Both the position numbers and the translations under genes were made by a program. Shown in pieces: positions 55,984 to 64,000 of a stretch of 64,000 nucleotides of DNA; position 1 is the stretch's first letter; every line of letters starts with the position of its first letter. This stretch comes from Gammaproteobacteria bacterium (lineage in GTDB: Bacteria > Pseudomonadota > Gammaproteobacteria > Eutrophobiales > Eutrophobiaceae), in contig OZ244905.1 in the NCBI GenBank assembly GCA_965221695.1, forward strand, positions 3,360,001 through 3,424,000. The letters run 5' to 3'. The notes under the pieces are model-generated. The model was not told the DNA's origin. It searched no databases and saw only the letters and a list, made by a program, of their open reading frames with translations.

Positions 55984-57343
55984 GGATGTGCTGGTCAGCC
56001 GTTATCCGGATGTTCGGAGTCCGGTCATTGTCTGTGGTGGCGGTAACAATGGCGGCGACGGTTATGTGCTGGCGCGCCTTGCGCAGCAGGCGGGACTCAA
56101 GGCCAGGGTGGTAGCGCTGGTCGAGCCAGACCGGCTCAAGGGTGACGCGGCTGCCAGCGCACAGAAGTATTTGCAGACAGGGAGCGTTGAGACGGCGCTG
56201 GCGACCGATGGCGCAGACCTCATTGTCGATGCCTTGCTGGGCAGCGGCCTGAACCGTCCGGTGGAAGGTATTTTTGCCGAAGCCATTAAACAGATCAACG
56301 GCGCAGCCGCCCGTGCGCTGTCCCTTGACATTCCTTCAGGATTGAATGCGGATACCGGCGCGATCCTGGGAAACGCAGTCAAGGCCGATGCCACGATCAC
56401 GTTCATCGGACTGAAACGGGGTTTGTTTACCGCAGCAGGCCCTGAATTCAGCGGCGAGATTATGTTCAGCGACCTGGAGACGCCTGCCGGCATCCATGCC
56501 GGTCTCAGCCCCGACGCGCGCCTGGTGGACCCGGACGAAGTAATGCATTGCCTGCCGCCCCGTGCGCGCGCTGCCCATAAGGGCAGCTATGGTCACGTAC
56601 TGGTTATCGGCGGTGATTACGGCTACCAGGGCGCTGCGATCCTGGCCGCTAGCGCTGCCGCGAGAACAGGCGCCGGCCTGGTGACCTTTGCAACAAGACC
56701 GGAACATGCGCAGACAATCCCCCTGTTCCGGCCTGAATTGATGACCGCGGCCGTGACCGGTGCGCGTGACCTGGACGAGATCCTTGACCGGGTCACCGCG
56801 GTCGCCATCGGCCCGGGACTGGGGCAGTCGGATTGGGCAATGTCGCTATTTGCCAAGGTCTTGCAGACCCGGCTCCCGTTGGTGGTGGATGCCGATGCGC
56901 TGAACCTGCTCGCGCTGGAACATCAACGTCGGGAAAACTGGGCGCTGACGCCTCACCCGGGCGAAGCCGCCCGCTTGTTGGACACGACCTCCGCAGAAAT
57001 CCAGGCAGACCGGTTTGCGGCGGTGGCTTCATTGCGTGACAGGTTCGGCGGCGTAGCTGTGCTCAAGGGAGCGGGCAGTCTGATCGCAGGCGCAAGCGGC
57101 CCGATCCGTCTCAACCGCACCGGCAACCCGGGCATGGCCAGTGGTGGAATGGGTGATGTTCTGACCGGGGTCATTGCCGGGCTGATTGCTCAGGGTCTGG
57201 AACCCGACGCAGCCGCAGTAGCAGGGGTTTACCTGCACGGTCTTGCCGGGGATGAATGCGCGCGCCAGGGAGAAAGAGGGATGCTAGCCGGTGATCTGCT
57301 CCCTGTTCTTCGTTCGTTGGTTAATCCCGGCTCATGCGCCTGA
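55859..57343 (+). CDS. nnr: Bifunctional NAD(P)H-hydrate epimerase/dehydratase
   Basis: LMERAG, GNNGGDG, DALLG.G, LDIPSG, HKGSYG, GPGLG, DADAL, TPHPGEA, GG.GDVL.G. Confidence 0.95.
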   Translation: MACALSAELYTAAQVRELDRLAIEECGIPSLTLMERAGAAALDVLVSRYPDVRSPVIVCGGGNNGGDGYVLARLAQQAGLKARVVALVEPDRLKGDAAASAQKYLQTGSVETALATDGADLIVDALLGSGLNRPVEGIFAEAIKQINGAAARALSLDIPSGLNADTGAILGNAVKADATITFIGLKRGLFTAAGPEFSGEIMFSDLETPAGIHAGLSPDARLVDPDEVMHCLPPRARAAHKGSYGHVLVIGGDYGYQGAAILAASAAARTGAGLVTFATRPEHAQTIPLFRPELMTAAVTGARDLDEILDRVTAVAIGPGLGQSDWAMSLFAKVLQTRLPLVVDADALNLLALEHQRRENWALTPHPGEAARLLDTTSAEIQADRFAAVASLRDRFGGVAVLKGAGSLIAGASGPIRLNRTGNPGMASGGMGDVLTGVIAGLIAQGLEPDAAAVAGVYLHGLAGDECARQGERGMLAGDLLPVLRSLVNPGSCA

Positions 57344-57813
57344 CTGTCAACAGCCCTGAAGAAATGGAGGAGTTTGCGGCCGGCTGCGCGTTATGTCTGC
57401 CGGCGGGCTTTAACCTGTACCTGCAGGGAGAGCTGGGAGCAGGCAAAACTACCTTCGTCAGGGGAGCGTTGCGGGGACTTGGTTACCAGGGCATTGTGAA
57501 GAGTCCCACCTATACCCTGGTTGAATACTACCGTATTGGCAAACGTGACATTTATCACCTCGATCTATACCGCCTGGATACTGCCACAGAACTTGAGGAT
57601 ATAGGTTTCCGGGACTATTTTGACGGTCTCGCGATCTGCCTGGTAGAGTGGCCGGAGCGCGGCCGTGGCAGCCTGCCGGACCCGGATCTGCTCATTGACA
57701 TCGGCGTAGATCGGATGCAGCGAGACCTGAATTGTCATGCCCACACTGCCGCAGGTGAGAAATTCCTGCAACAACTCGGCGCTGAGACGCCTTCCCAGAC
57801 TATTCGCGTGTAA
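57334..57813 (+). CDS. tsaE: tRNA threonylcarbamoyladenosine biosynthesis ATPase
   Basis: GELGAGKTT, VKSPTYTLVE, HLDLYRL, VEWPE; synteny. Confidence 0.95.
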   Translation: MRLTVNSPEEMEEFAAGCALCLPAGFNLYLQGELGAGKTTFVRGALRGLGYQGIVKSPTYTLVEYYRIGKRDIYHLDLYRLDTATELEDIGFRDYFDGLAICLVEWPERGRGSLPDPDLLIDIGVDRMQRDLNCHAHTAAGEKFLQQLGAETPSQTIRV

Positions 57814-57951
57814 ACGGGAATTCAGTGAACAAAGAGTCGCCCTGCGGGCGACACAGAATTTGACTGGACTCCCGCTTTTCAGCCTGCCCCTGTATGGCGT
57901 TGAGCAGGGGCGATTGAATCATAACAAATACAAAAAAAACAGTTAGATAGC

Positions 57952-57980
57952 TTGACTTTTTAAAAAATAAATTAGATAAT
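57952..57980 (+). promoter_or_regulatory. Sigma-70 promoter of amiB
   Basis: TTGACT-17 bp-GATAAT in an AT-rich stretch upstream of ATG 58015. Confidence 0.55.
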
Positions 57981-58014
57981 TACTGCAGTAACACTGAAAC
58001 ATATGGCATAGCGG

Positions 58015-59313
58015 ATGACGCGATATCTCTCAAGTTATTGTTTACTCCTGATTTTTTCCTTGCCATCCGGGGCGGAGGAAAGTGTGCGCCTGAAGAATAT
58101 TCGGGTCTGGGCAGCCCCTGATAACACCCGAATTGTCTTTGATATAAGCAGTCCGGTCAGGCATAAGCTGGAAATGTTAACCAATCCTCATCGGCTAGTG
58201 ATCGATCTGCAAAATACCGAACAATTCGCGCAACTGCCGCAGCCGGCGTTGGGAGACGGATACGTGCGAGGTATCCGGCGCGGTCAGCATGGCGATTTTC
58301 TCAGAGTCGTGTTGGATTTGAAAAAGCAGGTTCAAGCAAAGAGCTTCATGCTGGCGCCGAATAAACATTACGGCCACCGGCTCGTGCTGGATATATATGA
58401 TAAGCAACAGGAACAAGTGGTTGGGAGGCAAATTGCGCCGCCTGCGGGACATCGCGACATTGTCATTGCCGTTGATGCCGGTCATGGCGGTGAAGACCCG
58501 GGAGCAATTGGTCCGAACGGGACTCATGAAAAGACCGTTGTCTTACAGATAGCAAGAAAAATGGTTGAGATGATAAATCGGGAACGCGGGTTGAGTGCGG
58601 TCCTGACCCGGACAGGCGATTATTTTTTGCCATTGCAGAAGCGCGTTGAAGTCTCGCGCCGGCACCAGGCAGACCTGTTCATTTCCATACACGCCGACGC
58701 GTTTACCAACCACAGAGCGCGCGGCGCGTCTGTATATGTTCTATCAAATCGGGGCGCTAGCAGCGAGCACGCGCGCCGGCTGGCCGATCGGGAAAATGCC
58801 TCCGATCTGATCGGCGGGGTCAGCCTTGATGACAAGGACAGCGTGTTGGCGTCGGTGTTGCTGGACCTGTCCCAAACGGCTAGCCTGGAGGCCAGTATCG
58901 ATGTGGCTGAGAATATTCTACAAGGCCTGAGGAAGGTGAGTAGACTGCACAAGCCCAGGGTGGAGTCGGCGGCATTTGCCGTATTGAAAGCGCCTGATGT
59001 TCCTTCTCTGTTGATTGAGGCCGCGTTTATTTCCAATCCGCAGGAAGAAAAGAATCTGAATAGTTCAGCCTACCAACAGAAACTTGCCCAGGCTGTGACT
59101 CTCGGAATTAAACGTTATTTCGAAGAGAATGCCCCTGACGGCACATTGCTGGCAACCCGGAAACATGTGATAGCAAGAGGCGATACGTTAACGGAAATTG
59201 CCAGGCAATACCGTGTCAGCCTTGACAGCCTGCGAGCGCTGAATGGCTTATCAAACAACCGTATCAGAACAGGCCAGGTATTGACCATCCCGAAAACCCT
59301 TGGCGACGGTTAG
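58015..59313 (+). CDS. amiB: N-acetylmuramoyl-L-alanine amidase (AMIN + Amidase_3 + LysM)
   Basis: DAGHGGEDPGA, FISIHADA, GASVYVLS, LIE..FISN, C-terminal LysM; synteny with tsaE-mutL. Confidence 0.92.
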   Translation: MTRYLSSYCLLLIFSLPSGAEESVRLKNIRVWAAPDNTRIVFDISSPVRHKLEMLTNPHRLVIDLQNTEQFAQLPQPALGDGYVRGIRRGQHGDFLRVVLDLKKQVQAKSFMLAPNKHYGHRLVLDIYDKQQEQVVGRQIAPPAGHRDIVIAVDAGHGGEDPGAIGPNGTHEKTVVLQIARKMVEMINRERGLSAVLTRTGDYFLPLQKRVEVSRRHQADLFISIHADAFTNHRARGASVYVLSNRGASSEHARRLADRENASDLIGGVSLDDKDSVLASVLLDLSQTASLEASIDVAENILQGLRKVSRLHKPRVESAAFAVLKAPDVPSLLIEAAFISNPQEEKNLNSSAYQQKLAQAVTLGIKRYFEENAPDGTLLATRKHVIARGDTLTEIARQYRVSLDSLRALNGLSNNRIRTGQVLTIPKTLGDG

Positions 59314-59344
59314 CTAATTCATCTGCGTAATCCGCTGATAATCA

Positions 59345-61069
59345 ATGGTTATACCCAGGATCAGCGAATTGCCCGCCACCCTGGCAAGCCAGATCGCTGC
59401 GGGCGAGGTCATTGAACGGCCCGCGGCTGTCGTCAAGGAACTACTGGACAATAGTATCGACGCCGGCGCCGACAATGTGACGGTGGCTGTCATTGACGGC
59501 GGTCATAAACTGATTTCCGTCAGCGACAATGGCCACGGCATTCATCCCGATGATATCGAACTGGCATTGCGGCGCCACAGCACGAGCAAGATCAGCGCCC
59601 AGTCTGATCTGGACTGCATCACCAGCCTGGGGTTTCGTGGAGAGGCCCTGGCCAGCATCGCCGCGGTATCCAGATTTTTGCTTGTGTCGAGAACCGATCA
59701 GTCTGATTGCGCCTGGTCATTATCCTTCGACCCGGTTAGCGGCAACTCAACTCTAAAGCCGGCGGCACGCGCCCGCGGCGTCACCGTAGAGGCTGCCGAT
59801 ATATTTCAGGCTGTGCCGGCGCGCCATAAATTCATGCGCAGCCAAACCACAGAATTTCTCCATATCAGTGAACTGTTCAAGCGCGTGGCCTGTAGCCGTT
59901 TCAACGTCACGTTTACTCTGACACAAAATAACAAGACACACCTGCGCTATCGTGCTTGTGCGGAGAATATGCTTGAGCGGGTAGAAGACGTATTTGGCCG
60001 CCGTTTTGCAACTGAATCGATTCCGTTGAATTATGAATCCAAGGGTATGCGGCTATGGGGATGGTTGGGTGGTGGCGACCTCAGCCGTAGCCAGTCCGAC
60101 CGGCAGTATTGCTTTGTCAACGGGCGAGTGGTCAGAGATAGAAAAATTCTCCATGCTATTCGATCCGCGTTTGGTGAATCTTTACCCACAGGCCGTTATC
60201 CGACTTGTCTGCTGCACCTGGATATCGATCCCGCCGCTGCCGATATCAACGTGCACCCGACCAAGAGTGAAATCCGTTTTAAGGATAACCGTGGTGTCCA
60301 TGATTTTATCCAAATGAGTCTGCTGGACGCGCTGAGAAGCGCGCATTCGCTGGACTTGAACGATACCGGCCCAATCTCAGACAACAGTCGGCCGGCGTAT
60401 CAGCCACCCCAACTTCAGCGAGAGCCACAACAGGTCAGAGAAGCCAGCTTGTTCTATCAAAACCTCGTCTCCAAAGAACAACAGGCTGACCTGGTTAACA
60501 AAACTGCCGGACTGGGTATCCCTCGTTTGGCGTTGTCGCCGGAGGTAGCGCTGGCGCAGCGCAAAGAAGATATTATTATACTGAATTACCAGGCGGTGAG
60601 AGCCTATATCCTGGGGTATCGGTTAGAACAGGAATACCGGAATGAGTCGGTGCGTCGCCGACCTTTGCTTGTTCCCGTGCATATGGAAGTTGGGAAATTT
60701 CAGGCCGGCCTGGCGGAGCAGCGCGCTGACCTGCTGGAAACAGTCGGCTTGTCGTTGCGTGTTGTGTCAGAAAATACCATCTCTATCAGGGAAATTCCCG
60801 CTTTGCTCGAAGAAACGGATGTCAAGACCCTGGTGTCAGCGGTACTTGAAGCGTTGCGACAGTTGGATGAAGGGGCGACCCCGGCACAACGACTAATGAC
60901 GGTTATGGTAGGCAGTATGGGATCATCCGGGGAGATACCAACCAATTCCATGGTTGAAGATCTATTGAGTGATTTGGACAGAACGGATCTCGACACCTCG
61001 CAGAAATCTTACAAAGGCCTGTGGAGGGCTGTTTCGCCGCGTGAGTTGAGCGACTTGATAGATGAATGA
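59345..61069 (+). CDS. mutL: DNA mismatch repair protein
   Basis: QIAAGEVIERPA.VVKEL..NSIDAGA, DNG.GI, TSKI, LGFRGEAL, DINVHPTK.E.RF. Confidence 0.95.
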   Translation: MVIPRISELPATLASQIAAGEVIERPAAVVKELLDNSIDAGADNVTVAVIDGGHKLISVSDNGHGIHPDDIELALRRHSTSKISAQSDLDCITSLGFRGEALASIAAVSRFLLVSRTDQSDCAWSLSFDPVSGNSTLKPAARARGVTVEAADIFQAVPARHKFMRSQTTEFLHISELFKRVACSRFNVTFTLTQNNKTHLRYRACAENMLERVEDVFGRRFATESIPLNYESKGMRLWGWLGGGDLSRSQSDRQYCFVNGRVVRDRKILHAIRSAFGESLPTGRYPTCLLHLDIDPAAADINVHPTKSEIRFKDNRGVHDFIQMSLLDALRSAHSLDLNDTGPISDNSRPAYQPPQLQREPQQVREASLFYQNLVSKEQQADLVNKTAGLGIPRLALSPEVALAQRKEDIIILNYQAVRAYILGYRLEQEYRNESVRRRPLLVPVHMEVGKFQAGLAEQRADLLETVGLSLRVVSENTISIREIPALLEETDVKTLVSAVLEALRQLDEGATPAQRLMTVMVGSMGSSGEIPTNSMVEDLLSDLDRTDLDTSQKSYKGLWRAVSPRELSDLIDE

Positions 61070-62006
61070 TGTGGTTGTCTACCTAATGGGACCTACGGCC
61101 TCGGGCAAAACCTCGCTGGCAGTTGAACTGGTAAAATATCTGCCACTGGAAATAATCAGCGTCGATTCAGCCATGGTCTATCGGGGAATGGATATCGGCA
61201 CAGCTAAACCGTCCCGGGCAACACAACAAATAGCCCCTCATCGCCTGATTGACATCTGTGACCCCACAGAGGCTTATTCGGCTGGCAGGTTTCGGCAAGA
61301 CGCGCTTGCGGCGATTGATGACATCCACAGGAATAATCGGATTCCCTTGTTGGTTGGCGGTACGGGACTGTATTTCCGCGCCTTGGAGCAGGGATTTTCC
61401 AATCTGCCTGCCACGCGCCAGACAGTACGGGCGCGCCTGACAAAAATGTTATCGGAAAGCAGTTCCTCCGCATTGCATGCGGAACTGAAGCGTGTTGATC
61501 CCGCCTCGGCCAGGCGTCTTCATCCCAACGACTCACAGCGCGTCCAACGTGCTCTGGAGGTCTACGAGATGACCAGTACACCCTTATCCGAACTGACCAG
61601 TAAGGGGCGGTTGGGCGCTTTGCCGCATACGATTATCAAACTGGCCCTGGCGCCTTCCGATAGGCTTGTTATTCGGGAACGGGCCAGGCAGCGTTTTATC
61701 GGGATGTTGCAACAGGGGCTGGTGGATGAGGCGCGCGGCTTCTTTCGGCGTGCGGATATGCATGAGAACCTGACTTCCATGCGCATGGTCGGATACCGGC
61801 AGGTGTGGGCTTACCTGGCAGGCCGTTTCGGATATTCCGAAATGCGTGAACGCGCCGTGATCGCGACGCGGCAACTGGCTAAGCGCCAACTTACCTGGTT
61901 AAGAACAGAGAAGAATGCCACTTGGTTCGATAGCGGCGCAGAGGATATCAGACAGGAGGTCATGAAGTTTCTGTGTAAGAATCCTGCGTTTTCCTCCGCT
62001 ATGTAA
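61062..62006 (+). CDS. miaA: tRNA dimethylallyltransferase
   Basis: GPTASGKT, ISVDSA.VYRGMDIGTAKP, VGGTGLY, TRQLAKRQLTW. Confidence 0.96.
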   Translation: MNDVVVYLMGPTASGKTSLAVELVKYLPLEIISVDSAMVYRGMDIGTAKPSRATQQIAPHRLIDICDPTEAYSAGRFRQDALAAIDDIHRNNRIPLLVGGTGLYFRALEQGFSNLPATRQTVRARLTKMLSESSSSALHAELKRVDPASARRLHPNDSQRVQRALEVYEMTSTPLSELTSKGRLGALPHTIIKLALAPSDRLVIRERARQRFIGMLQQGLVDEARGFFRRADMHENLTSMRMVGYRQVWAYLAGRFGYSEMRERAVIATRQLAKRQLTWLRTEKNATWFDSGAEDIRQEVMKFLCKNPAFSSAM

Positions 62007-62139
62007 TATAATTGTACTCCCACGCTCGCTTGACTGACGGGCTTGTCTGCATTGGTTGTCGGAATGAACCGAAAACAGGAATGCTGGTTATCACAATGCG
62101 GATAATAATAATCATAACGAATAGAAATGAGGTGGCATT

Positions 62140-62382
62140 ATGAGCAAGGGTCACACACTCCAGGATCCATTTCTTAACACTTTGCGCAGGGAACGAATTC
62201 CCGTATCGATTTACCTTGCAAACGGCATTAAGTTGCAGGGCCATGTTGAATCATTCGATCAGTTCGTCATTCTACTGAAAAACTCGGTGAGTCAACTGGT
62301 TTATAAACATGCGATCTCAACAATCGTACCCGCCAGAAATGTAAGGTTGCCGTTGGCGGAAGATAACAACCATGAGCTATGA
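62140..62382 (+). CDS. hfq: RNA chaperone Hfq
   Basis: [30 protein letters not shown]. Confidence 0.98.
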   Translation: MSKGHTLQDPFLNTLRRERIPVSIYLANGIKLQGHVESFDQFVILLKNSVSQLVYKHAISTIVPARNVRLPLAEDNNHEL

Positions 62383-63313
62383 GCGAGGTCACAATCCCAA
62401 GAAAGTCTGTGTATTAGGATCTATCAACCTCGATATCGTTGCCTCTGTCAAAAACCTGCCGCTGCCCGGGGAAACGGTTATCGCTCGCAATCTTGCGCAA
62501 TTCCCCGGCGGCAAAGGCTCAAATCAGGCGGTCGCGGCTGCGCGATTGGGCGCGGATACGTTAATGATCGGCGCCACCGGCAATGATGAGCCGGGCGCAC
62601 GGATGAGAGCTTTTTTGCAGGAGCGCGGGGTCAGTACGGCATTGGTAAAAGTTGATGCCGAGCATCCTACCGGACAGGCCTTGATCAATGTGTCTGAACG
62701 CGGGGAGAATGCCATTGTCATTGCGACGGGCGCAAACAGCGCGCTGCTTCCCTCCGACATTTCAACTGAAGAGCTATCATCCTGTGGTGTTTTTCTGGCG
62801 CAGCTTGAGACCCCGGTTGAAACAGTGAAAGCTTTTTTCAGTTATGCTTCTGCGCAGCATGGGACAACCATACTGAATGCGGCGCCGGCTGAGCCGGAAG
62901 GCGCGGCGCTTTTTCCCCTGGTCGATGTACTGATAGTCAATGAGTTGGAGCTCACTGCGTTTGCGGGTCTGCCCGAACCACCGCAGCAACCGGCCGCGGT
63001 TGTTCACGCAGCGCGACAACTGATGTCCCGTGACGGACAAACTGTTATTGTGACACTGGGAGCAAACGGAGTTGTTGTGGTAGATGATGAACAGCACAGT
63101 CTGATCCCGAGCAGACCGGCAAATGTGGTGGATACCACCGGGGCGGGAGATTGTTTTTGCGGGGTATTTGCGGCGGCGCTGGCCGCAAAACCAGTATTGA
63201 ACGAGGCAGTTGAACTGGCTGTCACAGCCGCGTCGATCTCGGTGGAGCGCGCCGGCGCCGCGACCTCGATACCGACCCGCGCTGAAATCGAAGCTGTTTT
63301 GAATAGTAGCTGA
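62372..63313 (+). CDS. rbsK: Ribokinase (PfkB family)
   Basis: [41 protein letters not shown]. Confidence 0.9.
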   Translation: MSYERGHNPKKVCVLGSINLDIVASVKNLPLPGETVIARNLAQFPGGKGSNQAVAAARLGADTLMIGATGNDEPGARMRAFLQERGVSTALVKVDAEHPTGQALINVSERGENAIVIATGANSALLPSDISTEELSSCGVFLAQLETPVETVKAFFSYASAQHGTTILNAAPAEPEGAALFPLVDVLIVNELELTAFAGLPEPPQQPAAVVHAARQLMSRDGQTVIVTLGANGVVVVDDEQHSLIPSRPANVVDTTGAGDCFCGVFAAALAAKPVLNEAVELAVTAASISVERAGAATSIPTRAEIEAVLNSS

Positions 63314-63403
63314 ACTCTCGGGCCGTGTTTACCGATGATGAAGCAAAATTGCGCCGGCCGAATGTTTGACCTCCAGGCCAGGCGGCTGCCGTATACTGGT
63401 TGA

Positions 63404-64000
63404 ATGTTCAACCCGTTTGAAGCTTTCATCGGCCTGCGTTATGTCAGGGCCAGGCGTCGCAATCATTTCATTTCGTTCATATCCCTGGTGTCGATGCTTG
63501 GGATTGCCGTCGGCGTACTGGCCTTGATTACTGTCCTCTCGGTGATGAACGGGTTCCAGCAGGAACTAACCGGGCGCATCCTGGCAATGGCCTCCCATGC
63601 CGATGTGCTCCATGAAGACGGGGCCATCGGGGACTGGCGCTCGGTAGCCGCAGTCCTGAACCGGCAGCAGGGGATAGTCGGCGTTGCGCCTTATTTTCGT
63701 GCGGAAGGAATGCTGGTGCATGAACAGCGGGTACATGGCGTGGTATTGCGCGGCATTGACCCGGAAGCGGAAACAACGGTTTCCCTGGTCGCACAGAAGA
63801 TGCAAGCCGGTAAATTCTCAAGGCTTGAAGCGGGCGCTTACGGCATCATTATCGGGTCGGAGACCGCGCGTAAACTGAGAGTCGCACCCGGCGATATGAT
63901 CACCCTGGTGGCGCCCCGGGCCGGCGAGGGCATTGCCGGTTTTCTGCCGCGCTTGAAGCGGTTCACTGTTAGCGGCATCTTCAGCGCCGGCATGCGCGAG
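63404..64000 (+). CDS. Lipoprotein-releasing ABC transporter permease LolC/LolE (truncated by window end)
   Basis: Manual translation MFNPFEAFIGLRYVRARRRNHFISFISLVSMLGIAVGVLALITVLSVMNGFQ; frame stays open to the edge. Confidence 0.9.
   Translation, partial: MFNPFEAFIGLRYVRARRRNHFISFISLVSMLGIAVGVLALITVLSVMNGFQQELTGRILAMASHADVLHEDGAIGDWRSVAAVLNRQQGIVGVAPYFRAEGMLVHEQRVHGVVLRGIDPEAETTVSLVAQKMQAGKFSRLEAGAYGIIIGSETARKLRVAPGDMITLVAPRAGEGIAGFLPRLKRFTVSGIFSAGMRE

Noticed and set aside
153-63878. Many long antisense or alternate-frame ORFs in the track (e.g. 3564-4412, 10248-11237, 11988-12992)
   Set aside because: They shadow well-supported genes in GC-rich DNA and show no protein motifs.

Overview
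A 64-kb chromosomal window, most likely from a free-living or host-associated gammaproteobacterium (nnr-tsaE-amiB-mutL-miaA-hfq plus lolC/E at the right end). Most of the window is accessory small-molecule uptake and catabolism built around four TonB-dependent receptors. The modules are: (i) a CoA-transferase and CitE-like lyase pair; (ii) a hydantoin racemase, hydantoinase-like protein, DUF917, luciferase-like oxidoreductase and molybdenum hydroxylase operon with a MalT-like regulator; (iii) a pentein (amidinotransferase-like), carbamoylase, DUF1989 and MmgE/PrpD cluster with a TetR regulator; (iv) a sulfatase, KdgK and mannonate dehydratase locus. Also present are an uncharacterised MotA/ExbB-like three-gene membrane module next to an L,D-transpeptidase and a sigma-54 two-component system, a split aapJQM...aapP transporter, hipBA, an rluC remnant and a minimal reductive-dehalogenase-like gene. 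Non-coding signals read directly from the sequence include two families of MITE-like hairpin elements. One has co-varying terminal inverted repeats; the other has IS5-like ends and 27-29 bp mini-derivatives at stop codons. Two independent in-frame tandem duplications each copy a stop-spacer-start gene junction and create a chimeric mini-ORF. No CRISPR array, rRNA, tRNA, transposase or integrase was recognised. Functional calls come from motif recognition only; no database search was run.
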